This document shows, piece by piece, positions 1-6,528 of a DNA stretch of 27,031 nucleotides. A program made the position numbers and the translations under genes. Source of the stretch: a virus (Duplodnaviria > Caudoviricetes); IMG/VR virus record IMGVR_UViG_3300017697_000078, positions 1-27,031 of that record, one strand, 5' to 3'. The notes beneath the pieces are model-generated. The model did no database searches. It saw nothing but the letters and a program-made list of their open reading frames with translations, and had not been told where the DNA came from. Position 1 is the first letter of the stretch, and the number at the start of each line of letters is the position of its first letter.

Positions 1-63
1 ACCTAATAACTATACCTACTTAACTACTTAGAGAGAGCTAGTAAAGAAATACTTGTAGAAGAG

Positions 64-92
64 TTGACAAAGCCGAAGTTTTTTGGTATGGT
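64..92 (+). promoter_or_regulatory. sigma70/SigA-type early promoter P1
   Basis: TTGACA (64-69), 17 bp, TATGGT (87-92) with extended -10 TG; followed by leader CGACAATTAAATAGGAGA and ATG at 122. Confidence 0.75.
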
Positions 93-121
93 GTTTATAC
101 CGACAATTAAATAGGAGAGTG

Positions 122-220
122 ATGAAAGATATTGAATACGAATATTGGTATGACGATAAAGGCAGAGTTGTAGGAAAAGTCCCATTAATCGACGTTGTTG
201 GGCTAGACGAGGAAGAATAA
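122..220 (+). CDS. small acidic hypothetical protein (32 aa, MKDIEYEYWYDDKGRVVGKVPLIDVVGLDEEE)
   Basis: Not in ORF track; SD AGGAG at 113-117, ATG 122, stop overlaps next start (TAATG). Confidence 0.7.
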   Translation: MKDIEYEYWYDDKGRVVGKVPLIDVVGLDEEE

Positions 221-744
221 TGCTCAGTAAATTCTATCCTTATACCTTTCTTACAGCAGAAATGCTTGCTTTTGCTATGGCTCAAGAAGAAGATAAGAGA
301 GTAGACCGAACTAGAAACAGTCAACACGACACAATTACTGGAATTTGCGGCGAATTAGTGTTTTTACAGTATTGGTTTGGAGATTGGCGTAATTATACGT
401 CGATATTAGGTGGTATGGGTCAGATTGACCTCAATAGTATTATTGAAATCAAATCCAGTGCTACCCCTCTACAAGGTAAAGTAAGTTTGATGGCTAGATT
501 AGATTATGTAGAGAAGAGAGAACCCGAAGTATATGTTCAAGTTATCTTTGATACTACTGATGGAGAAAAGAACACACTAGTAGAAGGTATGAGAGCTTAT
601 ATTGTGGGTTGGACAACACACGATGAAGTCAAAGATGCCAAAGTAGAAAAGTATGGCTACGATGTTAAAGTCGTGCCAGTATCTGAGCTGAACCCAATCA
701 AAGAGTTGAAATCTTATTTGGAAGACGATACAATAGAGTTCTGA
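220..744 (+). CDS. putative PD-(D/E)XK nuclease-fold phage protein
   Basis: GxxGE...D...IEIKS and YIVGW motifs typical of phage restriction-endonuclease-like proteins; coupled to upstream ORF. Confidence 0.5.
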   Translation: MLSKFYPYTFLTAEMLAFAMAQEEDKRVDRTRNSQHDTITGICGELVFLQYWFGDWRNYTSILGGMGQIDLNSIIEIKSSATPLQGKVSLMARLDYVEKREPEVYVQVIFDTTDGEKNTLVEGMRAYIVGWTTHDEVKDAKVEKYGYDVKVVPVSELNPIKELKSYLEDDTIEF

Positions 745-1034
745 TGGATAAGAATAAAAGATTAAACAATGTAGCTAGAAAGTCTGACTTGACTGTTTAC
801 GAAGATATGAAAGTATTTATCTTAGCTCTAGAAGATGCTGGTGCTATCAAAGATAAAGACGATGTCTACTGGGTTATGATTAATTGCAGAAACCACAAAC
901 TAATAGATTGCTACTTTACGTGGCACTATGCCGGTCGTCCATATTTGAATGACCCGAGATTTGATGAGTTTTCTAATTTAGACTTTTCTTTCATTGGTGA
1001 CGATGGAATTGATTTAGAACCAGCCGATTTGTAA
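744..1034 (+). CDS. hypothetical protein
   Basis: TGATG overlap with previous gene; 96 aa. Confidence 0.75.
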   Translation: MDKNKRLNNVARKSDLTVYEDMKVFILALEDAGAIKDKDDVYWVMINCRNHKLIDCYFTWHYAGRPYLNDPRFDEFSNLDFSFIGDDGIDLEPADL

Positions 1035-1057
1035 AAAAGCACTTTCTGTGCTATAGT
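1029..1057 (+). promoter_or_regulatory. sigma70-type early promoter P2
   Basis: TTGTAA (1029-1034), 17 bp, TGcTATAGT (-10 at 1052-1057); leader CGACAATAATATAGGAGA nearly identical to P1 leader. Confidence 0.7.
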
Positions 1058-1087
1058 GATAAACGACAATAATATAGGAGAATAATT

Positions 1088-1789
1088 ATGGATGACAACA
1101 ATCCTTATGAACTAGAACAAGTTCAGACTAATCTAACTGACTTAGTGCAAGCCAAAGAACATTTGGAAAAAGCTAAGGACGATGGAGAGATAGGCATAAC
1201 TTGGAACGAATGGATAGAGGTAGTTCAATATCTATCTACAAGATTTACCAAAGGTGAAGACGCACCATCTGAATGGAGCGATACTTACATCAGAGGTATG
1301 TTTCAAGACTTACAATATTTTTCATACAAAGCTGTTCAAGGTGCTGTCATTAAATTGCACAATGAGGGTAGAGCTTATGCTCCTAACTCATCACAGATTA
1401 TTGGTATGATAAACAAACTAGGTTACAACCAAGTGACTACTTACCACACATACAATTTGTTAAAGAACAACAAGACACAGTGTAGTGGAGGTGGAGAACA
1501 CGATTGGGTCGATAGTGGATGGGTCTTTGATGACATAGGCACACCAGTCTTCCACGAGTTTTGTCCAAAACGAGGTGGTCCTAACTTACCGGCTTGTTTA
1601 GCTGAGAGAGTTAAGTCAACTCCATCAGAATATAATTTAAGAATCAAACCCGAGCCTATGACACGGGAAAAGTTTATAGCAACAATGAAAACTATGAATC
1701 TAGCTCCTCAGTTACAGGATGAGATTTTAGAATTCAGAAATAGACTACAGACTGAAGATGAGCTTGCGACTAGAGGAGGTGCTAAGTGA
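1088..1789 (+). CDS. putative replicative helicase loader/inhibitor (SPP1 G39P-like domain) with Cys/His-containing C-terminal part
   Basis: FQDLQYFSYKAVQGAV...AYAPNSSQIIG resembles the G39P-type L.D..Y..V..A...P..A.I pattern; SD AGGAG. Confidence 0.45.
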   Translation: MDDNNPYELEQVQTNLTDLVQAKEHLEKAKDDGEIGITWNEWIEVVQYLSTRFTKGEDAPSEWSDTYIRGMFQDLQYFSYKAVQGAVIKLHNEGRAYAPNSSQIIGMINKLGYNQVTTYHTYNLLKNNKTQCSGGGEHDWVDSGWVFDDIGTPVFHEFCPKRGGPNLPACLAERVKSTPSEYNLRIKPEPMTREKFIATMKTMNLAPQLQDEILEFRNRLQTEDELATRGGAK

Positions 1790-2490
1790 TTGACAACGAA
1801 TTTTATAGAAGATGTCTTTTCGGAGACAATGAAGAAAAGATAAGTCATAACATCTTTGAGGTGACAAGTTTCTATCACGCTATGAGAGTTAAGAAATACA
1901 TAGGTATCATTTCTCAATTAATGAAAGATGAGTTGTATCTATTACAAGAAGAAGATGAAATAATTCTAAACATAGACCCGTCAAAGAGTGACACTATTTT
2001 TGATGAGTCAAGTATGGGATTGTATACACACAGTATTATGTCTTTGACTGGTAGATTACCTATGCCTAAAAAATATGAAGATAGTGCATACGCAGGTAAA
2101 AGTTTATTTGATGCTCAAGTAGATTGTGTTTACAAAAAAGTAGATGCAAGTAAGTGGAAGAATGTTTTCAACCATACTTGGTGGGGTCAAGACGATGAAC
2201 TCTATGCTATGCACACAGCACTTAAAAGTTGTATGAGTATCTTGATGCACAAGCTTATAGATAACGGCGACTTAGATGATACAGTATCAGTAAAAGATAT
2301 GTGGGAAATTATAGATAGTGTTATTGAAGAGAACTCAAGAGGATTGCCACAAAGGAATCCGGAATTTGATGAGGGTAAAACTTCAGAGTTAGCTTTAGAT
2401 GCTATTTCAAATTTTTATGGAGAAGAAAATTTTATAGAAAATGCAGTGCAACAAATTTGCAATGCTTATAATATAAATATTGAGCAGTAA
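1786..2490 (+). CDS. hypothetical protein (acidic, 234 aa)
   Basis: GTGA overlap, SD GAGGAGG; no family recognised. Confidence 0.8.
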   Translation: MIDNEFYRRCLFGDNEEKISHNIFEVTSFYHAMRVKKYIGIISQLMKDELYLLQEEDEIILNIDPSKSDTIFDESSMGLYTHSIMSLTGRLPMPKKYEDSAYAGKSLFDAQVDCVYKKVDASKWKNVFNHTWWGQDDELYAMHTALKSCMSILMHKLIDNGDLDDTVSVKDMWEIIDSVIEENSRGLPQRNPEFDEGKTSELALDAISNFYGEENFIENAVQQICNAYNINIEQ

Positions 2491-2541
2491 CCAAGTGGGA
2501 GGGACAGTCCATGCTGGGTGCGATACCCAGCTACTGCACTA
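2484..2541 (+). ncRNA. truncated tRNA-like element (no normal anticodon arm)
   Basis: Acceptor-like GCAGTAA/CTACTGC, T-arm CTGGG-TGCGATA-CCCAG, D-like CCAAGTGG, 3' A-CTA. Confidence 0.4.
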
Positions 2542-2800
2542 GGGAAGAAGAAAGTAACTAAATATCTGTATGGATGTTTGATACTAAATGTAGTGATTAA
2601 GTAAAAGTTATAAGAGTCTTCCCTTATTTTTTTGCTCACAGAAAAATGTTATTTAAATAATGATAATTAAGTAAGTGTTAAAGTGAGCAAGATACGACGA
2701 GTATATGAGAGGGTATAATAATAAATGTCGGTAAAAGTTCCTTCGGGGATTTTTATTGCCGATACCCTCCCATCGTCGGCTCTCTTAGGAGAGCCGTATA
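2541..2800 (+). ncRNA. multi-domain structured RNA region
   Basis: Stems AGGGAAGA/TCTTCCCT, TTGCTCAC/GTGAGCAA, GAGGGTAT/ATACCCTC, a C(UUCG)G hairpin and CGGCTCTC/GAGAGCCG; G-U pairs favour the + strand. Confidence 0.55.
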
Positions 2801-2829
2801 CAAAATGGAAAAAAAATTTTAAACATAAT

Positions 2830-2858
2830 TTGACAAATAAAAACATCTATGCTATAGT
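2830..2858 (+). promoter_or_regulatory. sigma70-type early promoter P3
   Basis: TTGACA (2830-2835), 17 bp, TGcTATAGT (2853-2858); A/T tract upstream (UP-element-like). Confidence 0.8.
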
Positions 2859-2891
2859 GGTTATATAACCAACAAAACAAAAGGGGGTATT

Positions 2892-3140
2892 GTGAAAGAA
2901 CCGAGAAATTTCGATTACGATATTATACAAATAACAAGAGGAGTAACTACTCATCCTTACTATGACGCAGAAGTCGTAGGGTATGGAGAGATAGAACTCG
3001 ATACTTTTGGATACGCAAATGGAGAAGAAGTTTTCCATAAGTGGTCTACAAAGACCCAGCGTGCATATACCAAAACAAATACAAAGGATGCTAGAGTCTA
3101 TTACGTTTTTAGACATCCACAATCCGAAGAGGAGGAATAA
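2892..3140 (+). CDS. hypothetical protein
   Basis: GTG start, SD AAGGGGG, ends EEEE. Confidence 0.75.
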   Translation: MKEPRNFDYDIIQITRGVTTHPYYDAEVVGYGEIELDTFGYANGEEVFHKWSTKTQRAYTKTNTKDARVYYVFRHPQSEEEE

Positions 3141-3142
3141 TT

Positions 3143-3412
3143 ATGGCGAATGCAAAATGCTCAGTGAGCTGGTGCAACGGTAAAGGTGTAACTCGTTACA
3201 GAGGAGACCGAGTAAATAAAAGTGGTCAGACTTTTCACAAGAGTGGTCACCGAGTTTATGCTCACCAATTCTACAAATCTTATTTTTGGATTTGTGCGAA
3301 TCACAACAATGGTAACTTTGGTCCTTATCACGAGGATAAGAATTGGGATAAATGGAATAAGCAAAATTCTATTGCCCACGAAATTTACCGAAAGAACTGG
3401 GGTGATTACTAA
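3143..3412 (+). CDS. small putative zinc-binding protein
   Basis: CxxxxC...CxxH pattern; SD GAGGAGG. Confidence 0.7.
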   Translation: MANAKCSVSWCNGKGVTRYRGDRVNKSGQTFHKSGHRVYAHQFYKSYFWICANHNNGNFGPYHEDKNWDKWNKQNSIAHEIYRKNWGDY

Positions 3413-3753
3413 TGGATAAATATTTGTTCCTTGGGTTAGCTGAGCTAGCCCACGGAAGATTTCCTTATCAGTTGTTCTGTGAGATTGACGGTAAGAAATT
3501 AAACTTTAGTTTTAGATTCCAGTGGTTTAGACATTTGATGTGGACTTGGGCTGTAAGCTCTAAGAACATTCAAGCTGATGAACAAGGTATTGTCTACTCT
3601 AATAAAGTTTGGAGAGCTTGGAAGCTACAACATAATATTTTGTATCGTCTTCATTACAAGTATGACAGACCTTACGGAGTAGGTATCCACGCAAAGATAC
3701 AAAAAAGATGGACTATGAATCTTAAGCACAAAAATAAAGTGAGCTACTTATGA
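3412..3753 (+). CDS. hypothetical protein (basic, Trp-rich)
   Basis: TAATG coupling; in operon. Confidence 0.7.
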   Translation: MDKYLFLGLAELAHGRFPYQLFCEIDGKKLNFSFRFQWFRHLMWTWAVSSKNIQADEQGIVYSNKVWRAWKLQHNILYRLHYKYDRPYGVGIHAKIQKRWTMNLKHKNKVSYL

Positions 3754-3908
3754 AAAAATATATAGTTACATTCAAAGGGCATAAAAAAGTATTTGCTAAT
3801 TCTTACGATGACGCAAAACGAAAAGTAGAAGGTGATTTAGAATTTATTCACCCGAACTTCAATATGAAGTTTGAATCAATAGGAAGATTCCAAGAGGAGG
3901 AAGAATGA
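3750..3908 (+). CDS. small hypothetical protein (52 aa, MKKYIVTFKG...RFQEEEE)
   Basis: Not in ORF track; ATGA overlaps at both ends, fills the gap exactly. Confidence 0.75.
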   Translation: MKKYIVTFKGHKKVFANSYDDAKRKVEGDLEFIHPNFNMKFESIGRFQEEEE

Positions 3909-4279
3909 GTGAAGATTATAAAAGAAGCTTAGGCAAGTTGTATGAGAAAGTTCAGATGATAAAGAACTTTTCTGATATGTTAACTGTTGGCTCAGCTATT
4001 AATACAGAGACTAGAAGAAGAGAAGTGGTTCTCGTTCTCAAACAAGAAGGTGGACCTGTCATTCCTTTAGCAACGCTTTTGACACACGAAGATATTGCAT
4101 TAAGAGAATACGATGCAAAAGACTCAGCTATATTCGAAAGAGTATTTGACTTGTATGAAGTTGAAGATGATAGAAAAACTTTTGAAGAGTTTAATGATGG
4201 CTTCCATCCTAAAGATAGAAGTTATGAAGATATGTTGAAGTTTATAGATTCGACTAGAGAAGCTGTAGAAGACCTGTAA
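3905..4279 (+). CDS. hypothetical protein
   Basis: SD GAGGAGG, ATGA overlap. Confidence 0.8.
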   Translation: MSEDYKRSLGKLYEKVQMIKNFSDMLTVGSAINTETRRREVVLVLKQEGGPVIPLATLLTHEDIALREYDAKDSAIFERVFDLYEVEDDRKTFEEFNDGFHPKDRSYEDMLKFIDSTREAVEDL

Positions 4280-4284
4280 ATAGT

Positions 4285-4345
4285 TAGGATTCCTACGACC
4301 CCTGTTTGTTTACGTGCGATTAATTTCGTATGAGTGGGAATCCTA
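4285..4345 (+). ncRNA. structured intergenic RNA element, candidate antisense RNA
   Basis: 12-bp closing stem TAGGATTCCTAC/GTGGGAATCCTA enclosing an inner hairpin and unpaired ACCCCTGTTTGTTT. Confidence 0.5.
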
Positions 4346-4399
4346 TAGTGTTTACAGTATGAATGAGGAAAGTAATAACAAGTAGAAAGGCATTGAAAA

Positions 4400-5116
4400 A
4401 TGTTAACTAATAATAACAGTGATGTAAACGCTGAAGACTTGGTTGAAAGACCAAGATACGAATACCACGTAGATGGCTGTGCTGTTCGTAAATGTAAGTG
4501 GAAATCCCACGATACAAACAACGAAGGTGCGTTGGACCTAATCACTCAAGGTGGTTATGGTGATTTTATCGATTTATTCGACCAAAAACCAGCATACTTT
4601 AGGTTGTGTCACAAACATAGTCATCAATTTGCTCGTTGGTTGAACAACGATGCAGTCCTATTAACACACGATGGACACGCTCACAATGGGAGCGAACCCG
4701 GTTTTTGGCACGGTCATATTGGCTGGGACCAAAAAACTTGGACTTCGTATGTTACTGGATTCTTTTATCATTGGATTAAGCAAAGCTTTCGCTCTGCAGT
4801 ATCTTTTGTTAAAGGTCATTTTAAATCACATAAGCAATGGACTAGAAAAGATATTAACGATTCAAGCACTCCAGTAGTGTTGTCATCGTTCTTTTTTAAG
4901 CTATTCTTTTTGACAAATGCTTATAAAGGTAAAGTCAATTTACTTAGACACCTTTACAACGCCAAAAAGATTAAATTAGCTAAGTCTATTTACCGTGATA
5001 GCACTAGTTTGTATTCTGAAATATGGACAAACTCTGTCACTGGCAAACTTTCTGAATCAGAAAGGGCACTCATAGTAGATTTAGGTAAAGCTTTTACTTC
5101 TTTAGAAGAAGAATAG
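4400..5116 (+). CDS. His/Cys-rich hypothetical protein
   Basis: SD AGAAAGG; CAVRKC, CHKH and HDGHAH motifs; one hydrophobic segment. Confidence 0.75.
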   Translation: MLTNNNSDVNAEDLVERPRYEYHVDGCAVRKCKWKSHDTNNEGALDLITQGGYGDFIDLFDQKPAYFRLCHKHSHQFARWLNNDAVLLTHDGHAHNGSEPGFWHGHIGWDQKTWTSYVTGFFYHWIKQSFRSAVSFVKGHFKSHKQWTRKDINDSSTPVVLSSFFFKLFFLTNAYKGKVNLLRHLYNAKKIKLAKSIYRDSTSLYSEIWTNSVTGKLSESERALIVDLGKAFTSLEEE

Positions 5117-5145
5117 TTGACGTAAATTTAATCAATAGGTATAAT
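5117..5145 (+). promoter_or_regulatory. near-consensus sigma70 promoter driving a small RNA
   Basis: TTGACG (5117-5122), 17 bp, TATAAT (5140-5145). Confidence 0.8.
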
Positions 5146-5148
5146 TAA

Positions 5149-5250
5149 GTGACTTATTAAATCCTCCTAGGGTAAAATAAGTCACCCTATTTAATTTAGT
5201 CTTAGACTAAATGTTGTTGTCGAAGTAGAACCCCGCATTAGTGGGGTTTT
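5149..5250 (+). ncRNA. ~100-nt small RNA, candidate antisense regulator
   Basis: Bounded by its own promoter and terminator, no plausible ORF, three hairpins, anti-SD TCCTCCT and segments complementary to P1/P2 leaders. Confidence 0.65.
5229..5250 (+). terminator. intrinsic terminator
   Basis: AACCCCGC-ATTA-GTGGGGTT with short T run. Confidence 0.7.
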
Positions 5251-5257
5251 GCATTAG

Positions 5258-5263
5258 TATAAT
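5258..5263 (+). promoter_or_regulatory. -10 element of putative leaderless terL transcript
   Basis: TATAAT 8 nt before ATG 5272, no SD. Confidence 0.5.
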
Positions 5264-5271
5264 TAATTAAG

Positions 5272-6528
5272 ATGAGTCGTGATTATTTAGAAACAATAGA
5301 AGACCCCGAAAGTAAAACCTTTACAATAGACTTTCCGCCCCTACACGAGGCTCAACAAACAGTAAAAGATGACGAAGCACGTTGGAAAATTCTCTGTGCC
5401 GGTCGTCGATTTGGTAAATCTCGATTAGGTGTGCAACTTTGTTTAGAGCAAGCACTTGATGGTGGTCGTGTTTGGTGGGTTGCTCCGACATTCGCAATAG
5501 CTAGAGTTGGTTGGCGTGATGTAGTAGCAGCAGCATCAGAATTTCCTAAAGATGCTGGAGTTAACATAAAACTCGGAGATATGGAAGTAACCTTTCCTAG
5601 TGGTGGTTCTATATCAGTTAAATCTGCAGATAACCCTCAACGTCTTCGTGGTGAAGGTTTGAACTATCTAGTTATGGACGAGGCAGCTTTCGTTAGAGAA
5701 GAAACTTGGACTGAAGTATTAAGACCTACACTTACAGAAAATAAAGGTCAAGCATTATTTATCTCTACTCCTATTGGTATGGACAATTGGTTTTATCATT
5801 TATGGGAAAAAGCAGAAAAAGCAGAAGACTGGGCTAGATTTCAATATCCAACAGTATCCAATCCAATCATTGACCCAGCAGAAGTTGAATCAGCAAGAGA
5901 AGACTTAGGAGAATTAGTTTTTGCTCAAGAGTATCTAGCAGAGTTTATTTCTGAGGGTGCTCAGATATTTCGTTCTTCTTGGTTTAATTATTTTAAACAA
6001 GGAGTCGGAACGATATGGGCTGATGGCAAAAAATATAAAGAAAGTGAATTACAACGATTTGCTACTGTCGACTTAGCTGTATCTACAAAAGAATCAGCTG
6101 ACTATACAGTTATATCTGTTTTTGGATACCACTCAGAAGATGACAAGTTATTTATGCTAGATATGTTTAGAGATAGAGTTGAAGCCCCGGACATAGTTCC
6201 ACAAATAGAAAGAATGGTTGGAATACATAATCTTGAATGGGTAGGAATTGAAAGAGCTGGTTATCAATTAGCTATAGTTCAGTTCGCAAGAAGACAAGGT
6301 ATAAAAATAAAAGAACTTAGAGCTGATAAAGATAAGCGCTCACGAGCACTTCCTTTATCTGCTAAGATGGAAAGAGGATTGGTTTACTTTCCTAAAAATG
6401 CAGATTGGGTCAGCGAAGTGGAGCGAGAGCTACTCACTTTTCCAATTGGTGTTCACGATGATATCGTGGATACATTAGCTTATGCTACATTAGCTGGCAA
6501 CAAGAAGAGGAAATGGCAAGCGTATTAA
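5272..6528 (+). CDS. terL: terminase large subunit
   Basis: Walker A AGRRFGKS, Walker B YLVMDEAA, ISTP coupling motif, nuclease VDLA...HDDIVD. Confidence 0.97.
   Translation: MSRDYLETIEDPESKTFTIDFPPLHEAQQTVKDDEARWKILCAGRRFGKSRLGVQLCLEQALDGGRVWWVAPTFAIARVGWRDVVAAASEFPKDAGVNIKLGDMEVTFPSGGSISVKSADNPQRLRGEGLNYLVMDEAAFVREETWTEVLRPTLTENKGQALFISTPIGMDNWFYHLWEKAEKAEDWARFQYPTVSNPIIDPAEVESAREDLGELVFAQEYLAEFISEGAQIFRSSWFNYFKQGVGTIWADGKKYKESELQRFATVDLAVSTKESADYTVISVFGYHSEDDKLFMLDMFRDRVEAPDIVPQIERMVGIHNLEWVGIERAGYQLAIVQFARRQGIKIKELRADKDKRSRALPLSAKMERGLVYFPKNADWVSEVERELLTFPIGVHDDIVDTLAYATLAGNKKRKWQAY

Noticed and set aside
2484-2800. tmRNA, 6S RNA, hammerhead ribozyme or functional tRNA
   Set aside because: No G3-U70 alanine pair or tag frame, no CUGANGA/GAAA core, no proper anticodon arm, not a single long 6S-type rod; left as unknown ncRNA.
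2725-2868. 47-codon ORF MSVKVPSG... through the structured region
   Set aside because: Runs through stable hairpins and the P3 promoter; more simply explained as non-coding.
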